From: Octopus sinensis
Lineage: Eukaryota
Assembly (NCBI RefSeq): GCF_006345805.1
Contig: NC_043014.1
Location: 6,758,001-6,822,000 of the forward strand
Direction: 5' to 3'
Length of the DNA stretch: 64,000 bases
The notes under the pieces were generated by a model that was not told the DNA's origin, searched no databases, and saw only the letters and a list, made by a program, of their open reading frames with translations. The position numbers and the translations under genes were made by a program. The number at the start of each line of letters is the position of its first letter. Position 1 is the stretch's first letter. Shown in pieces: positions 1 to 11,756 of this stretch.

Positions 1-194
1 GCCCCTTTATTAGACTATTTTCCTTAGTCATTGCAAGGTGATCGTCATAAGCTTTAAGCTTATATAAAAATACCGTTATTATTATTTACAAGATTGTAAA
101 TTACAACGCTGTATAACAAAACCATTAGCACCAAAAGCATATATATATATATAATATATAGCAAGTGAAAAACTGATTTTATATTGGATTGGTA

Positions 195-360
195 CCCACT
201 ACACTCTCGGAGTGGTTGGCGTTAGGAAGGGCATCCAGCTGTAGAAACTTTGCCAGATCAAGATTGGAGCCTGGTGCAGCCTTCTGGTTTGCCAGACATC
301 AGTCAAATCGTCCAACCCATGCTAGCATGGAAAGCGGACGTTAAACGATGATGATGATGA
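195..360 (+). mobile_element. 3' end of the (GAT)n-tailed repeat (RTE-LINE 3'UTR-like, family C)
   Basis: GAGTGGTTGGCGTTAGGAAGGGCATCC...CATGCTAGCATGGAAAGCGGACGTTAAAC(GAT)n; more than 10 copies in the window. Confidence 0.8.
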
Positions 361-879
361 TATATAGATAGGTAAAGAGAGAGAGAGGGACATGTACTTA
401 TATACATGTGTGTGTCTGTGTGTCCTCAATTAAAGAAAGCAACTTACAAACAAGAACACTTGACTAGAATTTCATGACAAAGTGGTGAGGCAGATGGTGG
501 TGGTGGTGGTGGTGGTGGTGGGGCGAGTAATAGAGGGTAGTCTTGAAACAGAGAGGGTGGAGGGGTGTGGAACTGGGGTGGATTTTAAAGCAGGGAATTT
601 GACAAAAGGGTGGATGTCAGGCAAAAGAGTGATAATAAGTAGGATCTTTGCACCCCTACCTGCCCCCCCCTCTCTGAAGTTGTGGGAATTGTGAGTAGGT
701 TTGCCTCTGGTATGACCTGAGATGTTGCCCCCCACCCTAGAAAAGGTATTTGCTGAGTGTGGGGTGGGAGGGCATTGTATGTGAGGGTGGGTGGGACAGT
801 GTAATGGTTAATAAAGAGGGATGAGAGAAACAAATGTTAGAAGTGGTTGGGTGGGGATGAGTGTAAGGGGGGAGGTAGA

Positions 880-1420
880 GAGAGGGGGAGAGGTGAAGAA
901 AGAAAAAAAGAAAGAAATGAAGGAAGGAAGAAAGAAACAGAGAGAGGGAAAGAAATAGAGAGGGGAAAAAGAGAGGGAAAGAAAGAAAGAAACAAAGAAA
1001 GAGAGAGAAACAAAGAAAGAGGGAACAGAAAGAAAGAAAGAAAGGAAGGAAGGAAGAAAGAAAGAAAGGATGGAAGAAAGAAACAGAGAGAGAGAGAGAG
1101 AGAGAACAGAGAGAGTGAGAAAGAAACAATGAGAGAAGGGGAAAAAGAGAGGGAAAGAAAGAAAGAAACAGAGAGAGAAAAAGAAAGAAAGAGAGAAATG
1201 AAACAAGAGAGAGAGAAAGAAAGAAAGAGAGAAATGAAACAAGAGAGAGAGAAAGAAAGAAAAAGGAAGGAAGAAAGAGAGAAAAGAGACAAAGAGAAAA
1301 AGAGAAACAAGTATAAAATAGAAGAGAAAGAGAAAGAAAAGAGAGAGAGAGACATAAAGACAGAAGAGAGAAAATGAAAGAGAAAAAATGAATAGAAAAA
1401 GAACAGAAAATATGAGGGAG
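880..1420. repeat. Polypurine (GAAA/GA)n low-complexity tract
   Basis: About 540 bp almost entirely G/A on the + strand; explains the poly-F/S/L and poly-K/E/R ORFs. Confidence 0.95.
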
Positions 1421-1953
1421 ATTTAAGGACAGAAACAAGCTTAAGAACATCAACCCACCCACCCACCCATGCCCATCCACCAAATTAATATTCTTAAAAA
1501 ACAGTCTCCCCCCCCCTTAACCGATTTTTTATGAACCAAGGCAGCTGTTGAGTTTTGCTAGCAAAACTAAGTTAACAGGATTTAAGTATGTGGCCGGGGG
1601 GGGGGGGGTTCTCTGGTTCCTTCCCCCCACCCATACACCCCCTCCTTGCTATCAAAACTAGAACGAAAAACACAAGAACCAAGGTCACTGGCTCCAGACG
1701 GGTAGAAATAGCAGCAAAATTCCATTAAATCACTGTCTTAAAATATACACATAGACATACATAGATATGTTTCTTTATTACCCACAAGGGGCTAAACACA
1801 GAGGAGACAAACAAGGGCAGACAAACGGATTAAGTCGATTACATCGACCCCCAGTGCGTAACTGGTACCTTGACCACATAAGAAAAATAATTGGTTTGCT
1901 GATTTCTATAAACAAGAGCCACAAATTCTTGTTAGATTCATTTGTCCAGAACA

Positions 1954-2003
1954 GCTTTGACTGAAGAGATACAGCAATGTTGAAACACCAAGTGTCCCAA
2001 AGT
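1954..2003 (+). ncRNA. Type I hammerhead ribozyme-like motif (slightly degenerate)
   Basis: gcttTGa-CTGAAGA-gatacagcaatgtt-GAAA-cac caa gtg-TC-ccaaagt: intact core, 4-bp stem III, GUC triplet, 6-bp stem I with a mismatch next to the core, wobble-rich stem II. Confidence 0.65.
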
Positions 2004-2197
2004 CCCCTCACTCTAAGGAATCAAGTGTGTTAGGAACACATACCTACCCGAAAGGAGTTGTTCCCCAATGGTGAGACAGAACAACCATTGGCATATTTAC
2101 TTTCAAATCTGCCAAAACATTTTAAGAATGAATATGTATATCACCATTCTGATTCTTGCTTTTCACTGTACACATGATTTATATTATATATATATAA

Positions 2198-2770
2198 TCA
2201 TCATCATTTAACGTCTGTTTTTCATGCTGGCATGGGTTGGAAGGATTGACTGGGAACTGGCAAGCCAGGAGGCCACACCAGACTCTAATCAGATCTGGCA
2301 ATGTTTCTACAGCTGGATGCCCTTCCTAATGGCAACCACTCCAAGAGTGTAGTGGGTGCTTTTTACGTGCCTCTGGCACAGGAACCAGTCAGGCGGCACT
2401 GGTATCAGCCACATTCAGATGTTGCCTTTTATGTGCTACCGGTACAGGAGCCAGTTGGGGAGGAGCTAGCATTGACCACATTCGGATGGTGCTTTTTACA
2501 TTCCACCAGCACGGGGAGCCAGTCAGGTGACACTGGCAACGACCACACATGAATGGTGCTTATTGCATCCCAGCAGCACAAGAGTCAGTGAGGCAGCACT
2601 GGCAACAACCCAAGCATGAATGGTGCTTATTGCATGCAACGAGCACAAGAGCCATTTTTGATTGTGATTTGATTTTTGATTTTCGACTTTACTTGACTCA
2701 ATGGGTTTCCTCAAGCACAGCGTGTCGCCAGAGAATTCAAAGGTACTTTTTAAATGGTCTGGTTATGTGA
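2198..2770 (-). mobile_element. Family C repeat (RTE 3'UTR-like) with internal ~50-bp subrepeats
   Basis: Reverse complement of the family C tail plus GGTGCTTTTTACGTGCC subrepeats. Confidence 0.75.
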
Positions 2771-3200
2771 CACTGGTGTAGGCCACAGCTGTGATCTCCA
2801 TTTACTTGTCGGGTCTTCTCAATCACAGCATATCTCCAGAAGATGCATTTATGTGAGAGTTATGTATATGTATAAATGACAATGATGTATGTTGGTCTAT
2901 TAAACATGTATGAATGTGTGTGTGTACATATTTCTATGCATTTTGAGTGCGTTTATGATATGCATAAACTTGTTTGAATGTGTGTGTGTGTATAAGGAGG
3001 TGGGGTAGGAAGAGTAGAAGGACGGGAAGGTGGTGTAACACAAAGATCGGTAATTAGGGCAATTACATAAGAAAGTGACATTAAGAGTGATGGAGGTGGT
3101 GGTAGTGTTAAGTCATAAATTATGTTTGAGAAGGAGAGAGAGGGAGGGAGGGAGGCAAAAAACACAGTGGTATGGTGAAGGAGGTAGTATAGAGCTTAAA

Positions 3201-3432
3201 GGCGGCGAACTGGCAGAACCGTTAGCACGCCAGGCGAAATGCGTAGCCGTATTTCGTCTGCCGTTACGTTCTGAGTTCAAATTCCGCCGAGGTCGACTTT
3301 GCTTTTCATCCTTTCGGGGTCGATTAAATTAAGTACCAGTTACACACTGGGGTCGATGTAATTGACTTAAACCCTTTGTCTGTCCTTGTTTGTCCTCTCT
3401 GTGTTTAGCCCCTTGTGGGTAGTAAAGAAATA
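3201..3432 (+). mobile_element. tRNA-derived SINE, family B, single unit with 15-bp TSD
   Basis: Head GGCGGCGA..TGGCAGAA, B-box GAGTTCAAATTCC, tail CCCCTTGTGGGTAGTAAAGAAA; AGTATAGAGCTTAAA at 3186-3200 and 3433-3447. Confidence 0.9.
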
Positions 3433-4521
3433 AGTATAGAGCTTAAATAATAGACAGGCATAAAACAGTGAAGCCTGGTAAAGTCTTCTGGCTTGCCAGC
3501 TCCTGTCAAACCTTCTAACCCATGCCGGCATGGAAAAACGGATGTTAAATGATGATGATGATCTCACACACACTCACACACATTATAATTCAATTCAGTA
3601 TTTATTTTCTTTCTTTTTCTCTAAGCTTGATACTTATTCTATCAGTCACTTTGCCGAACTGCTAAGTCACGGGGACACACTAATACCGATTGTCAAACAG
3701 TGGGGCGGAGGGACAAACGTAGACAGATACACACACACACACACACACATATATATGTACCAGCGAGCTGGCAGAAATGTCAGCACGCTGGGCGAAATGC
3801 GTTGCCGTATTTCGTCTGTCATTACGTTCCGTGTTCAAATTCTGCCGAGGTCAACTTTGCCTTTCATCCTTTCGGGGTCGATAAATTAAGTACCAGTTAC
3901 GCACTGGAGTCGATGTAATCAACTTAATCCCTTTGTCTGTCCGTGTTTAGCCCCTTCTGGGTAGTAAAGAAATATATATATATATATATATATATACATA
4001 TGACAGGCTTCTTTCAGTTTCCATCGACTATTGTTTTATCATTTTGTTATTTTTACTAGTCTTCTCTCTCCTCTTTCATTTTTTTCTTTCTCTCCTCTTT
4101 ATTCTCTTTCTTTTTTCCCTTTTTTCTCTTTCTTTCATTCCTCTCTTCCTGTTTCCAATTTAACCATACTAATACACTCCCTATTTCTGGGTCATTTTAA
4201 ATACAAACCTTTGACCCTGCAACACTGTATATAAATTCCCTGCTGGGAACGACCAAGTTTAAAAACCAGCTGGATCTCACTCCTAAGGGAATCTTACATT
4301 GATTATAAACTCTATATTTGGAAGAACTCATATTAAACTCTGTTGGACTTTCGGATTTTATTCAAAGAATATTGGAAAATTACACATATATCCAATTATG
4401 CCTAAAAATGGATTTACAAATTCAGTACCCATACATATCTTACACCTATTTTCTTTCCTCCACCTCACTCTCTTTTGTATCACATTGAAACTAACTATGA
4501 CTTAATTTTCCCTCTCACACT

Positions 4522-4573
4522 GTCTCTGATGAAGGGATATTATTAATTAATATCCTAGAAACAGCTGTAAGAC
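4522..4573 (+). ncRNA. Minimal type I hammerhead ribozyme, Penelope-like-element type
   Basis: gtct-CTGATGA-agggatatt attaatt aatatccta-GAA-ACAGCTGT-A-agac: intact core, 7-8 bp stem II, palindromic stem III, GUA triplet, 4-bp stem I. Confidence 0.8.
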
Positions 4574-4637
4574 CATCTATCTATAAATGCTCTAATATCT
4601 ATACAGCCTTGGTTTTTTATCTTATTACGTAAAAAAT

Positions 4638-4683
<46 letters not shown>

Positions 4684-4699
4684 GTAACCAAACAAGAAA

Positions 4700-4865
4700 G
4701 CACAAAAAAACACAACAACGCGAGGACGTGGAACAAATATAGTATTATTGGACGCTCAGGAAAGAAGGAGGGTTTAACGTTTCAAGCGGAGCTCTTCGTC
4801 GGAAACATCCAGAGAAGGGAAGACAGAGGAAAAAAAAAATCGCCAACGGTACACACGAGGTCACA
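4700..4865 (-). mobile_element. Short repeat carrying a CCGACGA hammerhead-like motif (4772-4806); probable Penelope pLTR derivative
   Basis: Near-identical copy at 11005-11195; minus strand gttt-CCGACGA-agagctccgctt-GAAACGTT-aaac. Confidence 0.6.
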
Positions 4866-4918
<53 letters not shown>

Positions 4919-5188
4919 AATTCTTTTTATAGTGGATCTCAAAGCACGTATAAAGTTATAAATAATAACAGTATGTAAATATTGGCACGGGAAGTTAGTT
5001 TTTTATCTATGTGACTTTCTGGTTTGATCCGACTGTGTGACACCTTGGGCAAGTATCTTCTGTCAGGGCAAGGGATTGACCAGAGCCTTGTGGGTGAGAT
5101 ATAACAAACATAAAACTAAATGAAAGCCTGTTTGTCGGACTGATTCCTAGTTTGGGGTGACAGACTTGGTTTAACACCTGTTGTTTAA

Positions 5189-5403
5189 CCCTTTAGTGTT
5201 CAGATTATTCTGTTAAATGTGATGTTTGTTTATTTAAAATGGTTTGAATTAATCATGCATTATCTTGTAGTTTAGAGATTTCAGTGATGTGATAGTTTAG
5301 TTTTAGAATGACATGGTAGGGCTGAGGTGAGAGATCTGGTCAGTTTCAATATAAAACAGGTTAAATATTTTGGCCAGATATGGCCGGTTTGAATGCTAAA
5401 GGG
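5189..5403. mobile_element. piggyBac-type MITE
   Basis: TTAA|CCCTTTAG ... CTAAAGGG|TTAA; relatives at 22870-23089 and 25408-25632. Confidence 0.8.
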
Positions 5404-5681
5404 TTAAATAAGGCCTTTGGGGTGAATTTAGCAAAGTCCATTCTGTTGTTGCAAGCATTTGGGCCAAAACACTGGTCCAAACATAATTTGCACCCTTATT
5501 CCAAACCAGTCACAAAGATCCTGAAAAGATCAATGGTGTTGCCTCACCTTCTATGAGTAAAACAGTAAAAAAAAATAAATAATTCTACTCTTCTCCACAT
5601 TGTCATCATCCTTATCACCACCACCACCATTTTAATCATCACCACCACCACCGCTACCATCATTATCATCATCACTTTATA

Positions 5682-6003
5682 GGAGCACTCCGTCGGTTAC
5701 GACGACGAGGGTCCCAGCTGATACGATCAACGGAACAGCTTGCTCGTGAAATTAACGTGCAATGATGCTGAGCATTCCACAGACACGTGTACCCTTAACG
5801 TAGTTCTCGGGATAATCAGCGTGACACAGAGAGTGACAAGGCTGACCCTTTGAAATACAAGTACAACTCATTTTTGCCAGCTGAGTGGACTGGGGCAACG
5901 TGAAATAAAGTGTCTTGCTCAAGGACACAACGCGTCGCCGGGAATCGAACTCACAACCTTACGATCATGAGCCGAATGCCCTAACCACTAAGCCACGCGC
6001 CCT
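5682..6003 (-). mobile_element. tRNA-derived SINE, family D
   Basis: A-box TGGCTTAGTGG, B-box GAGTTCGATTCC, CORE-like TGTGTCCTTGAGCAAGACAC, tail TAACCGACGGAGTGCTCC; second copy at 19825-20144. Confidence 0.85.
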
Positions 6004-6669
6004 CACTTTATCATCACTACCACCACCACCGATATCATCATCATCATCATCACTACCACCACCACCGCTACCATCATCATCATCATCATCATCATCACTA
6101 CCACCACCACCACTATCATCATCATCACTATCACCACCACCACCACCACCGCTATCATCAATCTTTCTTTACTGCTGCAATCTCTCTCCACTGCTGCCAA
6201 ACTGTATGTAACCTGCTTTGCAACTTTTGCAACCAGGTAACTGATGTCTCTAAAGACCAACTCACAACAACAATGGCTTAAACAATTTTCCTTCTCTTTA
6301 TTTTTGCTCTGAAACAGCGTTTCTTAACTGCGGCTCATATGACCTTTGGGGGTCCCTGTAAGATTTTTGTTGTTCAAATTTATCTGCAATAAATTAGTTA
6401 TATTTCCATAATACACAAAATACTCTTTACTCTCTTTTACTTGTTTCAGTCATTTGACTGCGGCTATGCTGGAGCACCGCCTTTAATCAAGCAACTCGAC
6501 CCAGGGACTTATTCTTTTTTTGTAAGCCCAGTACTTATTCTATCGGTCTCTTTTTGCTGAACCGCTAAGTTATGGGGACATAAACACACCAGCATCGATT
6601 GTCAAGCAATGCTAGGGGGACAAACACAGACACACAAACGCATATATATATATACATATATACGATGGG

Positions 6670-7270
6670 CTATTTCTTTACTACCCACAAGGGGCTAAAC
6701 ACAGAGATGACAAACAAGGACAGAGAAACGGATTAAGTCGATTATATCGACCCAGTGCATAACTGGTACTTATTTAATCGACCCTGAAAAGATGAAAGGC
6801 AAAGTCGACCTCGGCGGAATTGGAACTCAGAACGTAACGGCAGACAAAATACCTATTTCTTTACTACCCACAAGGGGCTAAACACAGAGGGGGCAAACAA
6901 GGACAGACAAACGGATTAAGTCGATTATATTGACCTCAGTGCGTAACTGGTCCTTAATTTATCAACCCCAAAAGGATGAAAGGCAAAGTCGACCTCAGCA
7001 GAATTTGAACTCAGAATGTACTGGCAGACGAAATACCTATTTCTTTACTACCCACAAGGGACTAAACATAGAGGAGACAAACAAGGACAGACAAACGGAT
7101 TAAGTCGATTATATCGACCCCAGTGCATAACTTGTACTTATTTAATCGACCCTGAAAGGATGAAAGGCAAAGTCGACCTCGGCGGAATTTGAACTCAGAA
7201 TGTAAAGGCAGATGAAATATCGCTAAGCATTTCGCCCGGCATGCTAACGGTTCTGCCACCTCGCCGCCTT
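6670..7270 (-). mobile_element. Family B SINE tandem array (head + 3 units, ~184-bp period)
   Basis: Unit starts at 6670, 6853 and 7037; head only at the right end. Confidence 0.9.
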
Positions 7271-8639
7271 TGCACTAGCTATTACCAGCATCTCAGAAAT
7301 GGTCCTGGTGGCCCAACAGCTTTCCCTACCTTTGTATTCTTAAGTTTCATCATCATCATCATCATTATCGTTTAGCGTCCGTTTTCCATGCTAGCATGGG
7401 TTGGACGGTTCAACAGGTGTCTAGGAAGCCAGAAGGCTGCACCAGGCTCCAATCTCGATCTGGCAGTGTTTCTACAGCTGGATGCCCTTCCTAACGCCAA
7501 CCACTCCGTGAGTGCAGTGGATGCTTTTTATGTGCCACCTGCTCAGTGCCAGACGAGGCTACATAAAACTCCTAACATAAGTAGTTTATTCCTCTTGGCA
7601 CCCCCCCATCTCTCTCTCTCTCTCATACACACACCCTTCATTCAGTGACATTTCCATGCCCCTATTTTCCAGCTATTTCTGGGGACAAATACATAGATAT
7701 CACTTCTATACACAGATCTGTTTCGTCTCATACAAAAGTCCCACTTGTCCCCTTCTCTGCTATAAATTTCAACTCTAGCCTTGGGCTGACCAAATCCTTG
7801 TGAATGGATTTGGTAGATGGAAACTGAAAGAAGCCCATCGTGTATACATGTGTGTGTGCACGCACGCGTGTTTATATATATATGTGTGTGTATGTCATCA
7901 TCATCATCATCATTTAACGTCCGCTTTCCATGCTAGCATGGGTTGGACGGTTCAACTGGTGTCTGGGGAGCCCGAAGGCTGCACCAGGCCAGTCAGATCT
8001 GGCAGTGTTTCTACAGCTGGATGCCCTTCCTAACGCCAACCACTCCGAGAGTGTAGTGGGTGATTTTATGTGCCACCGACACAGGTGCCAGACGAGGCTG
8101 GCGAACGGCCACGCTCGGATGGTGTTTTTATGTGCCACCGACACAGGTGCCAGATGAGGCTAGCAGACGACCACGCTCGGATGGTGTTTTTATGTGCCAC
8201 CGACACAGGTGCCAATGTATTTATGTATATCTATGCGTAAGTCTATCCCCGCACCACCACCATTTGACAACCAGTGTTGGTGTGTTTACATCCCTGTAAA
8301 TTAGCGGTTCGGCAAAAGAGACCAACAGAATAAGTACCAGGCTTAAAACACAAGTACTGAGGTTGATTCATACAACTAAAAGTTCAAGGCAGTGCCCCAG
8401 CATGGCCGCAGTCTAAAAGAAAAAAAACTATAACTATAAAACTATATAGGTGCTGGAGTGGCTGTGTGTTAAGTAGCTTGCTTACCAACCACATGGTTCC
8501 GGGTTCAGTCCCACTGCGTGGCACCTTGGGCAAGTGTCTTCTACTATAGCCTCAGGCTGACCAAAGCCTTGTGAGTGGATTTGGTAGACGGAAACTGAAA
8601 GAAGCCCGTCGTATATATGTATGTATATATATTTATATA

Positions 8640-9045
8640 CTCTTTTACTTGTTTCAGTCATTTGACTGCGGCCATGCTGGAGCACCGCCTTTAATTGAGC
8701 AACTCGACCCCGGGACTTATTGTTTTTGTAAGCCCAGTACTTATTCTATCGGTCTCTTTTGCCGAACCGCTAAGTAACGGGGACATAAACCACCAGCAAT
8801 CGGTTGTCAAGCATGCTAGGGGGACAAACACAGACACACAAACACACACACCACGCATATATATATATTACACATATATATGACGGGCTTCTTTTCAGTT
8901 TTCCGTCTACCAAATCCACTCACAAGCTTTGGTCGGCCCAAGGCTATAGTAGAAGACACTTGCCCAAGGTGCCACGCAGTGGACTGAACCCGGAACCATG
9001 TGGTTGGTAAACAAGCACTTACCACCACACAGCCCTCCTGCGCCT
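8640..9045 (-). mobile_element. tRNA-derived SINE, family A, near full length
   Basis: Head GGCTGTGTGGT..GGGTTCAGTCC, CORE-like TGGCACCTTGGGCAAGTGTC, internal microsatellite, tail GACTGAAACAAGTAAAAGAG. Confidence 0.9.
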
Positions 9046-9785
9046 ATATATATTTATATGTGTATGTGTGTGGTGTGTATGTTTGTTGTGTGTGTGTGGT
9101 GTGTGTTGTGTGTGTGTGTCTGTGCTTGTCCCCCAAACATCACTTGACAACCAATGCTGGTGTGTTTACGTCCCCGTAACATAGCAGTTCGGCAAAAGAT
9201 ACTGATAGAATAAGTACTAGGCTTACAAAGAATAAGTCCTGGGGTCGATTTGCTCGACTAAAGGCGGTGCTCCAGCATGGCCGCAGTCAAATGACTGAAA
9301 CAAGTAAAAGGGATAAAAGAGACATAAGAAGCATTACTGTTGGGGCCATTACGTCTTCATTCTTCCCGATCTTCTGTCAGCAGCGTTTCAGATTTATTAT
9401 CAATTCCGTTATCTCCTTGGACATCTGTTGTCCCCATGCTGTGTCTCATAATAGGTCAACCCAATGAAAATCTCATATTCAGAGAGTTTAGCACTTACTA
9501 CCATATGAAGGAGGTTTATATTTCACTATTATTACCGTAATTATAGGTAGTAGAGAGATTTCCATTTTTTATTGCTGTCAATTTAGTGCCAAAAATATTG
9601 CTCTCTTATCATTACCTGGACTTTTAATCTTATAAATGTATGTGTGTGTGAGCAAGCATATATTTATGTGTGTGTTCATGTGTGTGTGTGTGTGTGTAAC
9701 ATCTTTGTTAGAAAATTACTATTTTTAAATCTCATAACGAGAGATATTCAGCAACAGTACTTTGTAGTAAAGATTGTTTGCCAAC

Positions 9786-10121
9786 ATAACATGGCAGTCC
9801 TGGTTTAGGACGGATGTTGCTGTAATTTAGCCCCAGGAGACATCGTCTCCAGCTGGCTATATGACCGATCCGTGTCCTTATATTTTCGGACAAGGGAATC
9901 TAGCACCCCCACTCAGCTGAAAACAATATCTGTGTATGAAGATTTCCTGATGAAGGGAAATAATCTGGAAATCGCGATATGCAGATATTGTTTTGAGCTG
10001 AGTGGGGGTACTAGATTCCCTTGTTCGAAAATATAAGGATACAGATCATGTCAGCTGGAGACGATGTCTCCTGGGGCAAAATTACAGTAACATTAGTCCT
10101 AAACCAGGACTGCCATATTAT
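9786..10121. mobile_element. Foldback element: ~155-bp inverted arms around a hammerhead-like core
   Basis: ATAACATGGCAGTCCTGGTTTAGGAC... pairs with ...GTCCTAAACCAGGACTGCCATATTAT; CTGATGA at 9947-9953 and GAAA at 9968-9971. Confidence 0.85.
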
Positions 10122-10122
10122 A

Positions 10123-10740
10123 GTTAAGTTAAGTTAATTTTTTGGCTCAAAAAGCAAAAAGCAAGGCCATGTAGGGGGACATGGAGTTATGTACAGTGTG
10201 GTGTTCATGCAAAGAGTTCAGGCTATTTCTGGACAAGAGAGACTTTGAACCGAGCGGTCGTCGGCATCTTCACTATCTCGTCCGGCAGCTTATTCTATGG
10301 ATCCGCAACCCGGACGGAGAAAGCCCCTCTCCTTCGATTGAGATGAAATCGTCGCAGATAGAGCTTTTCGGAGTGACCCCACAGCCGACGCTCTGGAGCA
10401 GGAGTGAAGAACAGCTCTTTCAAGAGGTTACACTTTCCACTTATGATGTTGTGAGCAAGAATGAGATCTCCACGGCGTCGTCGTTTTTCTAGAGAATAAA
10501 GGTCGAGCGTCTTCAGCCTTTCTTCATAAGACAAATGCTTGAGACCAAGAACCATGCAGGTAGCCAGCTTCTGGACTCTTGGCAAACAATCTTTATGATC
10601 ATCGTTGTCTGTTAATGGCCATCTTCCATGAGTTTGATGATTTGATTAAAGATCCAATGGATCCGAGAGGAAAGCATCATGCTCCAGCATGGTCTTTGTT
10701 GGGCACGGATTTCACAGTCAGATGCTCTTCCTCACGCCAG
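10123..10740 (-). mobile_element. CR1-clade LINE, 3' fragment of ORF2 plus tail
   Basis: RVQKLATCMVLGLKHLSYEERLKTLDLYSLEKRRRRGDLI...RRGAFSVRVADPWNKLP; (AACTT)n tail at 10123-10137. Confidence 0.92.
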
Positions 10741-11480
10741 TCACTTCACGCCGAAAGCGTGTACTGCTTAAACATATGCATGCGTATACACATGTATGTA
10801 TAAGTGTGTGTGTGTGTTGGGGGGGGGGGCGCTTATAATTGATAATCATCTGAAGTTACAGAATGACTTTAAGGGCCGAAAATTCTAAGCACAAGGGCCA
10901 ATGCACTAAACGCTCAGCCCGAGTCATTCTGTCACTTCAGACAGTTGTTAACAATAGAAAAAAAGCATGTATATACATACATAAAGTTAATCCAAACATG
11001 AAAACACAAAGAGAAAACACAACAACGCGAGGACGTGGAACAAATATAGTATTATTGGACGCTCAGGAAGGAAGGGAAGAAGGAGGGTTTAACGTTTCGA
11101 GCGGAGCTCTTTGTCGGAAACATAGGAGAAGGAAAGATCCAGAGAAGGGAAGACAGAGGAAAAAAAAAATCGCCAACGGTACCCACGCGGTCACATACAT
11201 ACATACATACATGTATATATCATCATCATCCAGTGTTTTAAATCCGGGTTTTGTCCCCGTTAGTGGGGGTGGCCAGATCTACCACAAAGCCATAGCAACC
11301 GAGGTAGGCAGGTGCAGCCCACCCCAACCTTTCAGCTGGCTGGTGCTCATTCTCCTTTGCTATTACCATGGGGCTTTTTTGGAGCTGGATTTTCTACGAG
11401 GAGCATGCCCTTGCTTAGCCCCAACCACAGTTTCTTTCAAACATTTTTTTTTAAAAAGTGTATTCTCAGAATTGTCCCTC

Positions 11481-11520
<40 letters not shown>

Positions 11521-11756
11521 GTTTCAAATTTTTTCCACAAGGGCAGCCATTCTGTAGGAGGGGATGTGTCAAATACACCAACCCCAGTGCATAACTGGTA
11601 CTTAATTTATCAACCCTGAAAGGATGAAAGGCAAAGTCAACCTCGGTGGAATTTGAACTCAGAACGTAATGGCAGACGAAATACGGCTAAGCAATTTGTC
11701 CAGTGTGCTAACAATTCTACCAGCAAACCACCATAATAATAATAATAATAATTAAT

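Noticed and set aside
737-1483. Hydrophobic F/S/L ORFs and charged K/E/R ORF
   Set aside because: Translations of the GA-rich tract.
2049-2109. 61-bp minus-strand exon candidate
   Set aside because: Splice signals are plausible, but it overlaps the hairpin-rich region beside a hammerhead, so it is probably repeat-derived.
9335-9480. Old RTE 3' fragment on the minus strand
   Set aside because: Only weak similarity (TEDREE*RR); too degenerate to call.
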